DNA of 64,000 nucleotides from Sphaerochaetaceae bacterium. Its GTDB lineage: Bacteria > Spirochaetota > Spirochaetia > Sphaerochaetales > Sphaerochaetaceae. A model generated the notes under the pieces. The model worked only from the letters and a program-made list of their open reading frames with translations, was not told where the DNA came from and searched no databases. A program made the position numbers and the translations under genes. Positions 47,014 through 58,510 of this stretch are shown here, in pieces (within the stretch, counting starts at the first letter, position 1; the number at the start of each line of letters is the position of its first letter). The stretch lies in assembly GCA_045616225.1 (NCBI GenBank), contig JAZLGI010000003.1, positions 749 to 64,748 of the forward strand, read 5' to 3'.

Positions 47014-47754
47014 TTAAAGTTTAATTGAGTTATATTTACAAATAACAAAAACAAGCAAAAGTACAACAATCAAAGCATTGAGTGTAATGAGTACTGCTGA
47101 GGCAGTTTGGAAAGTAAAGAAACCCCAGGTTATTATTGTTATTACTATACCAACCAAATGCCTGACACTTTGACTTCCGATTGGATCAGAGAACAGAAGA
47201 ACAAGAAAAATAAACAGATTTATTACTGTGCTCAAAGAGAAAACAAGGATTACCCAGAAGTTTTCAACAAAATTCACATTACCCTGAATCTTTGGAAGAT
47301 AAGCAGAAAAAGCTATTGCCGTAATTACAGAACCAAGGATAAAGGAATTTACCGTTGTCTTTGACTTATTGTGAGATAGAATTCCGTATCCTGACAGCAT
47401 TAGGTTCATAAAAAAAGAACATTCCAAAATGTTTCTCTCGGTTTGAAGTGTTCCAAAATGCAAGTGTAATGAAATATCTGAATAATAATAAATAAACAGA
47501 AAAACAGCTATTTGAAATACAACGAAAAACAAAGAGAGAAAAGGAGAACTTTGATTAAGATTCTCAATAAGTTTTGAGTAATACAGAATTATAAACAAAA
47601 ACAATACTGCCTCTATTATCCCGTAAAAAAACAAAACAGGGTTTGATGAAAAATTATTACTTTCTGAGAAATTCAATATGCATAAACCTATGGCCGCGAC
47701 TGTGATAATTAAGTGTAAAAACAAAATAAGGGTTTGAAGAAAATAGTTTTTCAT
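47014..47754 (-). CDS. polytopic membrane protein of unknown function
   Basis: 246 aa with about 7-8 hydrophobic segments. Its start overlaps the stop of the upstream GH13-like gene as ATGA. I see no recognisable motif. Confidence 0.55.
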   Translation of the reverse strand: MKNYFLQTLILFLHLIITVAAIGLCILNFSESNNFSSNPVLFFYGIIEAVLFLFIILYYSKLIENLNQSSPFLSLFFVVFQIAVFLFIYYYSDISLHLHFGTLQTERNILECSFFMNLMLSGYGILSHNKSKTTVNSFILGSVITAIAFSAYLPKIQGNVNFVENFWVILVFSLSTVINLFIFLVLLFSDPIGSQSVRHLVGIVITIITWGFFTFQTASAVLITLNALIVVLLLVFVICKYNSIKL

Positions 47755-50700
47755 TGACCATTTCCTCTTAAATTGTTCAAACGATATCCTGATTTATTGT
47801 TACGTTTAAGCCAATAATTGAGTTTCTTTTCATATTCTTCATCAGGAAGGATATCTCCGTTATTAGCAGCATTTACCAACTGAACCAGATAGAGACAGTC
47901 CTGCATATCTTCTCCGCGGTACCATATAACTCCCTGGTATTCATTGGCTCCTACAAGACTGCAGAAACTTTCATCTTCCAAAAGTTTTGCAAAATCAAGC
48001 TGATACTCACAAACCATAATTGCAGACTTGTTAATTAAAGATTTAGGCAAATCAAAGAAACGGTCAAGCATGAGTTTGTTTGCAACGGAAACTGCATCTG
48101 AGATTTTTGCATCACGAGGTAGAAATGCTTTTATCATAAATGCGGCAATTGCAATAGGGACAAGTTCATTTTGAATAATAAGATTTCCGTTTGAGAAAAC
48201 TTTTGTATGGCAAATTGCGTCTATTCTGTTAATAACATCAAGTATTTCCGAAGGTCTTACACTGTACTGGGTGAGACCAATTCCTTCCAGTGTGTTGTTC
48301 AGTTCTTCTACATAAGTATAATAAGAACCCAAAGTTTGCATTAAATTCTTTTTGGTTACTGAAGAACCTCTTCCTGTCAAAAGAGTTCTGAGCTCTTTTG
48401 CGAATTTTTGATTTTTCAAAGGCTCGGCTGTCTCAAAAAATGGTTCAAGGTAGAGTAGTTGTATTTCTTTTTCTATATCTTCTACTCCGCGACCATTAAG
48501 ACGGCTGTAAAGTTTTTCATAAACGCCATAAACATCTTCTACCTCATGAATTCCCAAAAGAACACGAGTCTGATATCCATCCAATGAGACCCAGTAACCT
48601 TCTTCATAAATTTTGACAGAAGGAACAATATAATAAAGATTTTCAAGGAAATCTTTGTAAACCATAAAACTTCTGACTTTTCTGGTTAATCTTAAACTCT
48701 TTGCAAGGGATACTGTTTCTATATGTCGTTCATTTCCTTTTTTGATTAACTTTGGAGAACTTATGTTAATGTTTCCTTCTGAATGTTCATAACGGTTATT
48801 ATAAAGAACCAAAGTCATCTGGTTGTCATCACCGTTCGTGTATGCGTATATATCGTTGACAATATTTCCGTTGTTAATTACGTCAAACTGCTGATAATTT
48901 CTACATTCTGAAAAAAGGTATCTGAGTTTCAACAAAGGGAATATTCTTCTTTCATGTTCCCTTATTAAATTTTCATCAGGTGTTTCATTCCAATAGGCAC
49001 GCTGGTATTCCATGCCGTATTTTTCTCTGAAACCTTCTATTTGACCATGCCCAAACATAGGAAGTCCCGGCATTGTTGCCAAAACAGTACAGACTCCAAA
49101 GTATTTGTCACCGTTTCCAAACTGTGCAATTGCTGTTTCTTCGTCCGGATTATTCATGAAATTAACATAACGTTTTAATATTTCCGGATCATAGACAAGT
49201 GTTGATTTTATAGAGTCTATATACTTTCTGTTGTCCTGGTTTTTAAGCATATGCATGAAGGCACTGTTATAGACTCTGTGCATTCCCAGGGTTCTTACAA
49301 AATATCCTTCCATCATCCAGAAAGCTTCTGCAAGTAAGAGAGTATCAGGAAGTTCAGAAGCAATTCTGTCTACAACTTCACGCCAAAACTCAATTGGAAT
49401 TCTTTTGTTGAATTCTTCATCTGACATTTCATGGTTTATTCTTCCTGCAACATCTCCACCTGTTCCAGGTTTTGGATACCAAAGACGCTGGATATGTTTT
49501 TTTGCAAGTGTCATTGCTGCATCAAATCTAATAATAGGGAAGGCTCTAGCCACATCAAGAATTTGCTGTATTACAGCTTCTCTTGTTTGAGGATTAAGAA
49601 AATCAAGTTGAGCTGTATCATTCCAAGGCATGGTAGTACCGTCATTGCCATGGAAGATGTAGGAGATTTTGCCTGTGTTGAGATCTTTTTTCTGGAAGGT
49701 AACAGCTGCATCTGTTCTGTTAAAATAATGATCTTCTATTCTTATTTCAAAACTTGGATCATCAGACAGGTTTTCTCCGGTGTATGAATAGGCCGGATAC
49801 GGAGGATAATCTTGCTGGATAAAATACTCACTGTGGTCTTTCATCCAAGTGCTGTCCAATCCTGTATGATTTGGAACCATGTCGCTTGCCAATCTTATAC
49901 CACGGATGGAACACCTGTGCTTTAAATTATTAAGAGCGTCCCAACCTCCTATTCTGGAGGATATTGAATACCCTTTAAGAGAATAGGCAGAGGATTCTGC
50001 GTCAGGATTTCCACAGAGGTTTTTTATTTTCTTTGAAGCGGGACTTCTTTCCCATAATCCTATTAACCACAAGGCAGTGAAACCTCTGTCTTTAAGAGAA
50101 TCTAATTCTTCATCCGGTATACTGTCCAAGGTAGAGATGTCTCTTTGATATTTTTTAGAAAGCTGGTCAAGCCAAACCAAAGTACTCTTTGCCATCATGA
50201 CAACATTTGGCATCCAATTTCTGTCTTCAGAAAAAGATTCAATATCAGAATTGTCAAAAAACGGTAACTCTACATTGCCAGGAGTTCCTTCAAAATGGGG
50301 TTTTGATTCTTCATTGATAAAATCAATTGCTTTTAAAAGTTGGGTTTTCAATGATTCAGGAAGAAGATCTTTCCAATTTTCAAGGATGAAGTTTATTTGA
50401 TCAGACAGCGAATTAGGATGAAGACGGGCAGGCTTTGTCAGAAATGTGAAGAGATCTGTATCAGAACTTTGAGTTACTGAAGAACCTTTAAGATATCCGC
50501 CTAACATAGCATTAAAAGCTTTTGTGCCGGAAGGAAACAAAAGACCATCTTCTGATGTCATTGTCTTCATTGCGGAAAGCAAGGCAGGATTAGCCTGAAA
50601 TACCTGATGTACAAAAAAGCTTCTTATTGTTTCTTCTGTGCTATTGTATTCATTCAGAAGAGTAGGGAACATCTTGTTGTAGAAGTCCAAGACTTTTTTA

Positions 50701-50984
50701 CAATCTTCATTCTTTTCTGCAAGGACTGTTATTCTGCTGAAAGGATTTGACTCCGTTACGGAAAGATATTCATTTATTACTGTTTGGTAAATCAAATGGA
50801 GAATTGCAGATGCATGCAGTTTTCCTGCTGCTACCTGATCTTCGTTCTTTTTATTGTAAAGCAGAGCTACTTCCTGAGCCTGACGATACATTGTTATGAA
50901 TTCTTCTTCTGTCTCAAAAATAGGAGTCAAAAGAGTCATTGTATTTCTGCTTTTTGCCGATATTCTAAAATCTCTGTTTTCCAT
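47751..50984 (-). CDS. large alpha-amylase-family (GH13-like) glycoside hydrolase with long N- and C-terminal extensions
   Basis: 1077 aa with no signal peptide. GH13 regions are I DMVPNH, II IRFDAAMTL, III LLLAEAFW, and an atypical IV FMNNPDEE. Confidence 0.75.
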   Translation of the reverse strand: MENRDFRISAKSRNTMTLLTPIFETEEEFITMYRQAQEVALLYNKKNEDQVAAGKLHASAILHLIYQTVINEYLSVTESNPFSRITVLAEKNEDCKKVLDFYNKMFPTLLNEYNSTEETIRSFFVHQVFQANPALLSAMKTMTSEDGLLFPSGTKAFNAMLGGYLKGSSVTQSSDTDLFTFLTKPARLHPNSLSDQINFILENWKDLLPESLKTQLLKAIDFINEESKPHFEGTPGNVELPFFDNSDIESFSEDRNWMPNVVMMAKSTLVWLDQLSKKYQRDISTLDSIPDEELDSLKDRGFTALWLIGLWERSPASKKIKNLCGNPDAESSAYSLKGYSISSRIGGWDALNNLKHRCSIRGIRLASDMVPNHTGLDSTWMKDHSEYFIQQDYPPYPAYSYTGENLSDDPSFEIRIEDHYFNRTDAAVTFQKKDLNTGKISYIFHGNDGTTMPWNDTAQLDFLNPQTREAVIQQILDVARAFPIIRFDAAMTLAKKHIQRLWYPKPGTGGDVAGRINHEMSDEEFNKRIPIEFWREVVDRIASELPDTLLLAEAFWMMEGYFVRTLGMHRVYNSAFMHMLKNQDNRKYIDSIKSTLVYDPEILKRYVNFMNNPDEETAIAQFGNGDKYFGVCTVLATMPGLPMFGHGQIEGFREKYGMEYQRAYWNETPDENLIREHERRIFPLLKLRYLFSECRNYQQFDVINNGNIVNDIYAYTNGDDNQMTLVLYNNRYEHSEGNINISSPKLIKKGNERHIETVSLAKSLRLTRKVRSFMVYKDFLENLYYIVPSVKIYEEGYWVSLDGYQTRVLLGIHEVEDVYGVYEKLYSRLNGRGVEDIEKEIQLLYLEPFFETAEPLKNQKFAKELRTLLTGRGSSVTKKNLMQTLGSYYTYVEELNNTLEGIGLTQYSVRPSEILDVINRIDAICHTKVFSNGNLIIQNELVPIAIAAFMIKAFLPRDAKISDAVSVANKLMLDRFFDLPKSLINKSAIMVCEYQLDFAKLLEDESFCSLVGANEYQGVIWYRGEDMQDCLYLVQLVNAANNGDILPDEEYEKKLNYWLKRNNKSGYRLNNLRGNGQ

Positions 50985-50986
50985 TT

Positions 50987-51499
50987 TTAACTCCTGTTAA
51001 TGAATTCTTTCATCTTGCTTAGCGCCGTTGTTTTAAACTTATCGTTAAGGATAGCTAAATCCAAATCCGGGAATTTGCCTAAAACAAATGATGCAACATC
51101 TTGTTTATCAGGTCTGCCAACTCCAATCCTCAGTCTTGGAAAATCAGATGTTCCAAGATGTTGGTTTATGCTTCTTAATCCGTTGTGACCCCTAAGACCT
51201 CCTCCGTTTTCAAGTAGGATATCTCCTATTTGTTTTTCTATATCATCATGAACAACGAGAATGTCTTTTGGTTTTACGGAGAAAAAAGAGGCAGCCTCAG
51301 ATACTGCCAATCCGCTTTCATTCATAAATGTCTGAGGCTTCAGATATACAGTATCCGAATCCTTGATAAAGAGTGAATGAAACTTGCTTTGCCAAGATAA
51401 AGGCAAATCCAGACTGTCTGCAAAAATCCAAGCTGCATTGTGTCTGGTTAATTTATATTGAGATCCGGGATTTCCTAAGAAAACCACTAGTTTTGACAT
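50987..51499 (-). CDS. pth: peptidyl-tRNA hydrolase
   Basis: 170 aa with LGNPGSQYKLTRHNAAW, VVHDD and GGLRGHNGLRS. Confidence 0.9.
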   Translation of the reverse strand: MSKLVVFLGNPGSQYKLTRHNAAWIFADSLDLPLSWQSKFHSLFIKDSDTVYLKPQTFMNESGLAVSEAASFFSVKPKDILVVHDDIEKQIGDILLENGGGLRGHNGLRSINQHLGTSDFPRLRIGVGRPDKQDVASFVLGKFPDLDLAILNDKFKTTALSKMKEFINRS

Positions 51500-51549
51500 A
51501 CCATATTACATAATACTTCCAACAGGACTTGCAGACAAGTAAGAACAAG

Positions 51550-52269
51550 TCATATTCCTGCAAGTCGTTTAGATGTACTGAAATGTCCTTGTAAATCTAC
51601 GCTTATTGTTAATTCCATTTTTGAGGCAGGACAAAGCCAAGAGTAGGTTCCTACCGGAAGAATAAGTTCAGGAGATAATCCATCATTTGTTGAAAAAGAA
51701 ATATCATTTCTATTCTCTGCAATCCATTTTCCGTTGGGAAGAATTATTTCTCCAATATTGTACTTTTTTTTTCTTTGAAAAGACTTCTCCGATAGTTCTC
51801 CGTTTAATGTATCTTTGAGAAAAGTGATGGAATCTATATCACGGTAATCAGAACTGCATAGAGATGCCAAATTCTTTAATTTTACAGTGTTGATTTGTCT
51901 GGTTGTTTTCCTATCCTGTTCAATGAGATATCCGCACAGAACACCGTCATTTGGATTAAGGACAACACAGGACTTGTTTTCCAAGGGACAAATCATTGCT
52001 CCAAGAGGATTTAGATTATCCAACGGATAAGCACAAACAAAAACAGATTCTCCTCTCATTACTTCAATAGATACCCTTCTTTGTTCAGTTCCCAAATGGA
52101 GAGATTTTATTTCGTCACCACAAGTCCATTTTAAAGTATACCAAAGCAGAGACGACGAATCTTTTTCCCATTGATGAACAGGAATGACGACTTCCAGAGT
52201 TGTTGAATCAGGATTTATACTACAAGAGGTTAAAACCAAAAGACCGATAAAAAGCAATATTTTTTTCAC
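51550..52269 (-). CDS. lipoprotein of unknown function
   Basis: 239 aa with signal peptide and lipobox LVLTSC. I see no recognisable domain. Confidence 0.55.
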   Translation of the reverse strand: MKKILLFIGLLVLTSCSINPDSTTLEVVIPVHQWEKDSSSLLWYTLKWTCGDEIKSLHLGTEQRRVSIEVMRGESVFVCAYPLDNLNPLGAMICPLENKSCVVLNPNDGVLCGYLIEQDRKTTRQINTVKLKNLASLCSSDYRDIDSITFLKDTLNGELSEKSFQRKKKYNIGEIILPNGKWIAENRNDISFSTNDGLSPELILPVGTYSWLCPASKMELTISVDLQGHFSTSKRLAGI

Positions 52270-52300
52270 ATAAGTATATGTTAAAAAAATAACGCAATGC

Positions 52301-52828
52301 TCAATTATTTCTGAGAAGCAACCTGTAAGACATTCTGAAAGAACGGAGAATTTCTCTTACTTCAGGACTGGCATAATCTGCATAAGTCCATGGAAGAATC
52401 TGATAATCTTTATCTTGATAAATGAGGGTGACTTCTCCGTAAACTCCTTCTGACAAAGGAATTCTGTGGGATCTGTCTTTACAAGTTGCCAAAATAAAAT
52501 TAGCCAAAGACATTATTCCAGGGTCTATGTTTATTCTTCTTCCTGAAGAATTTTCAAAAAAATGTTCTATCTCATTTGTTTTGATTTTGATTTTTGCCAG
52601 CTCAGAAGGATTAATCAGAGTCCGGAACATAATAAAGTATCTTACGGGGTGACCGCTCATTTCCTTGTCATAATAGTCTGTATAAGGAAAATCCATGGCA
52701 GGTGTTTCTATGAGAACAGGCCCGAACTCATCTGTTAATCTCTGAATAAGTTCCTTTCTTTTTTCTTCGTATGAAGAGAGAATCCCAATTACTAAAGCTG
52801 TTTTTTCAAACGGTCTTGCTGTTGCCAT
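52301..52828 (-). CDS. DUF4416-like protein
   Basis: 175 aa. The pattern FG......P.MDFPYTDYYDKEM......RYF..F..LI.P.ELA.IK..TN.IE matches my recollection of DUF4416. This was not verified. Confidence 0.55.
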   Translation of the reverse strand: MATARPFEKTALVIGILSSYEEKRKELIQRLTDEFGPVLIETPAMDFPYTDYYDKEMSGHPVRYFIMFRTLINPSELAKIKIKTNEIEHFFENSSGRRINIDPGIMSLANFILATCKDRSHRIPLSEGVYGEVTLIYQDKDYQILPWTYADYASPEVREILRSFRMSYRLLLRNN

Positions 52829-52833
52829 TATTA

Positions 52834-54033
52834 TTACTTTACTGTTGCCAATCCACCCATTGAAGTTTCTTTGTAAATAGGAGGAATTGCATTTCCGGTT
52901 TCCATCATTACGGAAATAATGTTATCAAAACTAACTCTGTGCCTGCCATCAGAAAGAAGGGCATAAGTTGCATGGTTTAAAGCTCTTGCAGTTGCCATTG
53001 CATTTCTTTCTATGCACGGTATCTGAACCAATCCAAGCATAGGATCGCAAGTTAAACCAAGATGGTGTTCAAGTCCTAATTCTGCTGCATACTCAATTTG
53101 GAAGATAGTGCCTCCCAAGATTTGAGTAGCTGCGGCACTGGCCATGGCACAGGCAACTCCAACTTCTCCCTGACATCCAACTTCTGCTCCGCTTATTGAG
53201 CCATTGTATTTGACAACATTTCCGAAAATTCCTGCGGTAAGCAAAGCTCTGTATATTTTCTTGTCAGGTATTTCGTATTGTCTCTGAAGATAATAGAGAG
53301 TAGCCGGAAGAATTCCGCAGGAACCGCAAGTTGGGGCCGTTACAATTACACCACCGCTGGCATTTTCTTCAGAAACTGCCAAAGCATAACTCAGAGCTTT
53401 TGCAGTAGCTCCCAAAGGTCCTGAGAAATTGTAGGCTTTAGAGTGAAAACTATCTGCTTTTCTCTGAAGTTTAAGACCGCCTTTTAATACTCCTTCTGCC
53501 TCCAGCCCTCTGACAATTGAAGCTTTCATAGTTTTCCAGACAGTTTCCATGTAATCCATAATATCTGCGCCTTCATATTTCAAAGCAACTTCCCAAAACT
53601 GAAGTCCTTCTTTGTCGCAGTAGGCTAAAATCTTTTCCATTCTGGATAAAAGCTGTGGATAAACTTCATTTGTCTGTGCATTGAAATCTTCAGATGTAAC
53701 AACTTTTCCACCGCCAATAGAGTAGTAAGTCTCCTGAGTAATTATATTTCCTGCCGCGTTATAAGCAATGAATCTGAGGGCATTTGGATGCAGAGGAAGA
53801 GTTTCCTGAGGATGCCATTCTATCTCTATTCTCTTATTTGCGAACTCTTCAAGAATTGCAGTATCTGTAAAGTGGCCTCTTCCTGTAAGTGCAAGGCTGC
53901 CGTAAAGTTTGCACTTATAGTGATCTGCACCGTCATTTTCAGAAAGAAACAATTGAGCGGCTAAACGAGGTCCCATGGTATGACTGCTGCTGGGACCTGT
54001 TCCTATTCTGTATAACTCTCTTAAAGATTCCAT
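52834..54033 (-). CDS. sdaA: L-serine ammonia-lyase (iron-sulfur dependent, single-chain)
   Basis: 399 aa. The N-terminus is YRIGTGPSSSHTMGP, followed by LTGRGHFTD, with Cys ligands in TAPTCGSCGILPA. Confidence 0.85.
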   Translation of the reverse strand: MESLRELYRIGTGPSSSHTMGPRLAAQLFLSENDGADHYKCKLYGSLALTGRGHFTDTAILEEFANKRIEIEWHPQETLPLHPNALRFIAYNAAGNIITQETYYSIGGGKVVTSEDFNAQTNEVYPQLLSRMEKILAYCDKEGLQFWEVALKYEGADIMDYMETVWKTMKASIVRGLEAEGVLKGGLKLQRKADSFHSKAYNFSGPLGATAKALSYALAVSEENASGGVIVTAPTCGSCGILPATLYYLQRQYEIPDKKIYRALLTAGIFGNVVKYNGSISGAEVGCQGEVGVACAMASAAATQILGGTIFQIEYAAELGLEHHLGLTCDPMLGLVQIPCIERNAMATARALNHATYALLSDGRHRVSFDNIISVMMETGNAIPPIYKETSMGGLATVK

Positions 54034-54043
54034 AAAAAACTAC

Positions 54044-56563
54044 TCACTTTACAACAAAATTAACAAGTTTGTCAGGCACGACAATTTCTTTGATTATTGT
54101 CATTCCGTCTGTGTATTGTTTAACTTTCTCGTTTGCTTTTGCCAATTCAAGAACTTTATCTTTTGCCATACCTTTTTCCAAGGAAAGTTTTGCTCTTACT
54201 TTTCCGTTAATCTGTACGACTACTTCTATCTGTGAATCTACTGTGAGATTTTCATCAAATTTTGGCCATTGTGCATTGGCAACACTTGGTTCATGTCCGC
54301 ACTTTCCCCAAAGCTCTTCTGCAAGATGAGGAACATAAGGACTCAGAAGAAGAACAAACGGTTCCCATGCTTCTCTTGGAAGATTCTGGAGTTTGTAAAG
54401 GTCGTTGACATAAATCATCATTTGGCTGATTGCCGTGTTAAAGTTAAGAGTTGCAGTATCCTCTGTGACTTTCTTGATGGTTCTATGGAGACTCCTGATT
54501 ATTTCTTCAGGAGCTTTTTCTTCTGTTAAAGTTCTTTCATCTGCAAGACGCCAGATTCTGTCAATAAAACGCCAAACTCCTGCAATACCTGTTGTTGACC
54601 AAGGTTTTGATACTTGAAGTGGTCCCATGAACATTTCATACATTCTCATTGTGTCTGAGCCGTATTCTTTTTCTACTTCATCCGGATTAATGACATTTTT
54701 AAGGCTCTTTGACATCTTTGCGATTACTCTTTCCAGATGTTCACCGGTTTCCTTATCTACAAATGTTGTGTCATTTACAACTTCTACCTGATCTGTAGGA
54801 ACAAGACTCTTGTTTTTTCTCTGGTAAGCATAGGCTGTAATCATTCCCTGGTTAACCAATCTCTGGAAAGGTTCAGGTGTTGAAACAAGACCCAAGTCGT
54901 AAAGTACTTTGTGCCAGAATCTTGCATAAAGAAGGTGTAAAACAGCGTGTTCCGTTCCTCCAATATAGAGGTCAACCGGCATCCAGTATTTTTCTTTTTC
55001 TTCATCTACAAAACGGTTTGGATTTTTTGGGTCTATGTATCTGAGATAGTACCAACAGCTTCCGCCCCATTGAGGCATTGTGTTTGTCTCTCTTTTTGCA
55101 TCAGCTCCACATACAGGGCATTTGCAATTTACCCAGTCTGAGATATTGGCAAGAGGACTTTCACCTGTTCCTGAAGGCTGATAACTTTTTACTTCAGGCA
55201 GTGTGAGAGGAAGATCTTCCTCCGGGACTGTTACTGAACCGCAGTGAGGGCAGTGAATTAATGGAATTGGTTCTCCCCAGTATCTCTGACGTGAGAAAAT
55301 CCAGTCTCTGAGTTTAAAGTTTACAGTCTTATGTCCAATCTTTCTTTCTTCCAGGAACTCTATCATCTTGGCAATAGCATCTGCTTTATTGAGTCCGTCA
55401 AGAAAACCGCTGTTGACATGTAGTCCGTCTTCTGTCCAAGCCTGAGTTTGAACATCTACTTCACTTTTTAGAACTTCAATAATTGGAAGATTGAACTTTT
55501 TGGCAAATTCCCAGTCTCTTGTATCATGAGCAGGAACTGCCATGATTGCTCCTGTTCCATAGGAAATAAGTACATAATCTGCAATCCATATTGGAATTTC
55601 TTTTCCGTTTACAGGATTTATTGCATAACTGCCGGAGAAAACGCCTGTTTTTTCTTTTGCAAGGTCTGTTCTGTCCAAATCACTTTTTTTTGCTGCTTGG
55701 TCTATGTAAGCTTCTACAGCTTCTTTTTGAGATGCAGAGGTAAGTTCATGAACAAGAGGGTGTTCAGGGGAAATGACCATGTAAGTTGCACCAAAGAGAG
55801 TATCACATCTTGTTGTAAAGACTTCCAGCTGTTTGTCTGTCCCTTTGACGTTAAAAAGAACTGAAGCGCCTTCACTTCTTCCAATCCAGTTTCTCTGCAT
55901 TAATTTTACAGATTCCGGCCAATCAACAAGATCTAAGTCATCTAAAAGACGCTGAGCATAAGCTGTAATTTTCAGAACCCACTGTCTTATGTTCTTTTTT
56001 TCAACCTGATGCCCGCATCTCTCACATTTGCCGTCTTTTACTTCTTCATTTGCAAGACCTGTTTTACAGTTTGGACACCAGTTGATAGGTGCTTGGCTTT
56101 CGTAGGCAAGTCCTTTTTCATAAAGCTTTTCAAAAATCCATTGAGTCCACTTGTAGTAATCAGAATCACAAGTAGAAATTTCACGATCCCAATCATAGCA
56201 GAACCCCAGGCTTTTGATTTGCCTTCGGAATGTATTGATGTTTTTTGTTGTTGTAATTGCAGGATGAGTTCCTGTCTGAATAGCGTAGTTTTCTGCAGGG
56301 AGTCCAAAAGAATCAAATCCCATTGGATGAAGGACATTGTATCCGTTCATTCTGAGGTAGCGACAGTATATGTCTGTTGCCGTATATCCTTCCGGATGAC
56401 CTACATGTAATCCTGCTCCTGACGGATAAGGAAACATATCAAGGACGTAAGCTCTTTTTTCTTTTGGAAAAGAAGGGTCTTCTGTAACTTTGAAGGTCTT
56501 GTGATCTTCCCAATACTTCTGCCATTTTGGCTCTATTTTATCAAATGGATAACTCATAGCCAA
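54044..56563 (-). CDS. leuS: leucine--tRNA ligase
   Basis: 839 aa. It has a HIGH-type motif (HVGHPEGY), the KMSKS motif, and the CP1 editing insertion with zinc-type CPNC...CERC. Confidence 0.97.
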   Translation of the reverse strand: MAMSYPFDKIEPKWQKYWEDHKTFKVTEDPSFPKEKRAYVLDMFPYPSGAGLHVGHPEGYTATDIYCRYLRMNGYNVLHPMGFDSFGLPAENYAIQTGTHPAITTTKNINTFRRQIKSLGFCYDWDREISTCDSDYYKWTQWIFEKLYEKGLAYESQAPINWCPNCKTGLANEEVKDGKCERCGHQVEKKNIRQWVLKITAYAQRLLDDLDLVDWPESVKLMQRNWIGRSEGASVLFNVKGTDKQLEVFTTRCDTLFGATYMVISPEHPLVHELTSASQKEAVEAYIDQAAKKSDLDRTDLAKEKTGVFSGSYAINPVNGKEIPIWIADYVLISYGTGAIMAVPAHDTRDWEFAKKFNLPIIEVLKSEVDVQTQAWTEDGLHVNSGFLDGLNKADAIAKMIEFLEERKIGHKTVNFKLRDWIFSRQRYWGEPIPLIHCPHCGSVTVPEEDLPLTLPEVKSYQPSGTGESPLANISDWVNCKCPVCGADAKRETNTMPQWGGSCWYYLRYIDPKNPNRFVDEEKEKYWMPVDLYIGGTEHAVLHLLYARFWHKVLYDLGLVSTPEPFQRLVNQGMITAYAYQRKNKSLVPTDQVEVVNDTTFVDKETGEHLERVIAKMSKSLKNVINPDEVEKEYGSDTMRMYEMFMGPLQVSKPWSTTGIAGVWRFIDRIWRLADERTLTEEKAPEEIIRSLHRTIKKVTEDTATLNFNTAISQMMIYVNDLYKLQNLPREAWEPFVLLLSPYVPHLAEELWGKCGHEPSVANAQWPKFDENLTVDSQIEVVVQINGKVRAKLSLEKGMAKDKVLELAKANEKVKQYTDGMTIIKEIVVPDKLVNFVVK

Positions 56564-56679
56564 ATCCTATTCGTTATTAAGGTTTAGGTCAATGAAATGT
56601 CTGTTCTTATAATAGCAACCAAGAGGGAAAAATCATGTCACGTTGCGGCAGTTTCTTTTTTTTGTTAAAATATCGGGAT

Positions 56680-58497
56680 ATGGCAGAGAAGACGGAAAAG
56701 TTTGTAGAGTATGACGAAAGCACCGTTCTGCATATGTCTGCCCTGGAGCATATAAGACTTCGTCCGGGCATGTACATTGGCAGACTTGGAAACGGTTCCC
56801 ACATAGATGATGGTATTTACATTCTTATGAAGGAAGTTGTAGATAACAGCATAGATGAATTCATCATGGGATGCGGAACCAAAATTACCATAAGACTTGA
56901 AGACAAAAAAGTATCTGTCAGAGATTATGGAAGAGGAATCCCTCTGGGCAAAGTTGTTGAATGTGTCTCTGAAATCAATACAGGTGCAAAATACAATAAT
57001 GATGTATTTCAATTTTCTGTTGGTCTTAACGGAGTAGGTACAAAGGCAGTGAATGCCCTTTCTTCATGGTTTCATGTAAAATCTTTCAGAGACGGGAAAT
57101 ATTGCGAAGCTTTCTTTGAAAAGGGAGTTTTGAAAGATAAGTTTGAAGGATCTACAACAGAACCTAACGGTACTCTCACGGAATTTATTCCGGATTCTGA
57201 ACTGTTTGGGAATTATGCATTTAACAATGACTACATAGTAAGCAGAATGGAAAGCTATGCTTACCTTAATACAGGGCTTACACTTGATTTTAACAAACAG
57301 ATTTTCAAGTCTCAAAACGGTCTTCTGGATCTTTTGGAAAAAGAGGTTCAGGATAAGGGCATTTATTCAATAATAAACCATAAATCAAAGACCTTGGATT
57401 TTGCTTTTACTCACACTTTGGAATACAGCGGTGAAACGTATTTTTCTTATGTAAACGGGCAATACACTTCAGATGGAGGAACACATCAGGCAGCCTTTAA
57501 AGAGGGTATTCTCAAAGGAATAAATGAATATTTCAAAAAAAATTGGGCTCCCCAGGATGTGAGAGAAGGAATAGTGGGGGCTATTGCCATAAAGGTTCAA
57601 ACACCTGTATTTGAAAGCCAAACAAAAAACAAACTGGGAAACACAGAGATTCGTTCTGAGATTGTAGAAGAAGTAAAATCTGCTGTTGTTGATTTTCTTT
57701 ATAAACATCCGGAAGATGCCCAGAGACTTAATCAGAAGATTCTCACAAATGAAAATATAAGAAAGAAACTCACTGAGGTTAAAAAAATAGCAAAGGAAAA
57801 CGCCAAAAGAGTTTCTATTAATATTCCAAAGCTAAAAGACTGTAAATTTCATCTGGGACAGACCGGTTCTCATGCAGATTTAGGAGAAAGATCCATGATT
57901 TTCCTTACTGAGGGGGATTCTGCTTCAGGTACTCTTAATACTGCCAGAGATGTAACTACGCAGGCAGTGTTCAGTCTTAAGGGAAAACCTCTCAATACCA
58001 ACGGGATGACAATGAGTGAAATGTACAAAAACGTTGAACTCTACAATGTTATGGCTGCTTTGGGAATAGAAAACGGCATTGAAGGTTTAAGATACGGAAA
58101 GATAATATTTGCCACAGATGCAGATATAGACGGATACCACATCAGAATTCTTCTTCTTACATATTTTCTTTCTTTCTTTGAGGATTTGATTCATACAGGA
58201 AGAGTATGGATTCTTGATACTCCTTTGTTCAGGGTCAGAAATAAAAACGTCACGACCTACTGCTACAGTGAAGAGGAAAGAGACAATATGATGAAGCAGA
58301 TAAAAGGTTGTGAAGTAACAAGATTCAAGGGTCTGGGAGAAATAAGTGCCAAGGAATTCGGACAATTTATCGGAGAAGATATGCGTCTTATTCCTGTTAC
58401 AATTCAGAGTATTGCAGAGGCTAAAAAGGCAATGAATTTTTACATGGGAAACAATACTCCTGAACGACGCGATTTCATTATGGAAAACTTAATTTGA
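56680..58497 (+). CDS. parE: type IIA topoisomerase B subunit (topoisomerase IV ParE-like)
   Basis: I prefer the ATG at 56680; the track start at 56635 lacks support. It shows GHKL motifs EVVDNSIDE and GLNGVGTKAVNALS, Toprim EGDSASG, and DADIDGYHI. It is a second B/A pair besides gyrBA. Confidence 0.85.
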   Translation: MAEKTEKFVEYDESTVLHMSALEHIRLRPGMYIGRLGNGSHIDDGIYILMKEVVDNSIDEFIMGCGTKITIRLEDKKVSVRDYGRGIPLGKVVECVSEINTGAKYNNDVFQFSVGLNGVGTKAVNALSSWFHVKSFRDGKYCEAFFEKGVLKDKFEGSTTEPNGTLTEFIPDSELFGNYAFNNDYIVSRMESYAYLNTGLTLDFNKQIFKSQNGLLDLLEKEVQDKGIYSIINHKSKTLDFAFTHTLEYSGETYFSYVNGQYTSDGGTHQAAFKEGILKGINEYFKKNWAPQDVREGIVGAIAIKVQTPVFESQTKNKLGNTEIRSEIVEEVKSAVVDFLYKHPEDAQRLNQKILTNENIRKKLTEVKKIAKENAKRVSINIPKLKDCKFHLGQTGSHADLGERSMIFLTEGDSASGTLNTARDVTTQAVFSLKGKPLNTNGMTMSEMYKNVELYNVMAALGIENGIEGLRYGKIIFATDADIDGYHIRILLLTYFLSFFEDLIHTGRVWILDTPLFRVRNKNVTTYCYSEEERDNMMKQIKGCEVTRFKGLGEISAKEFGQFIGEDMRLIPVTIQSIAEAKKAMNFYMGNNTPERRDFIMENLI

Positions 58498-58510
58498 GGA
58501 GGTGTCTGCT

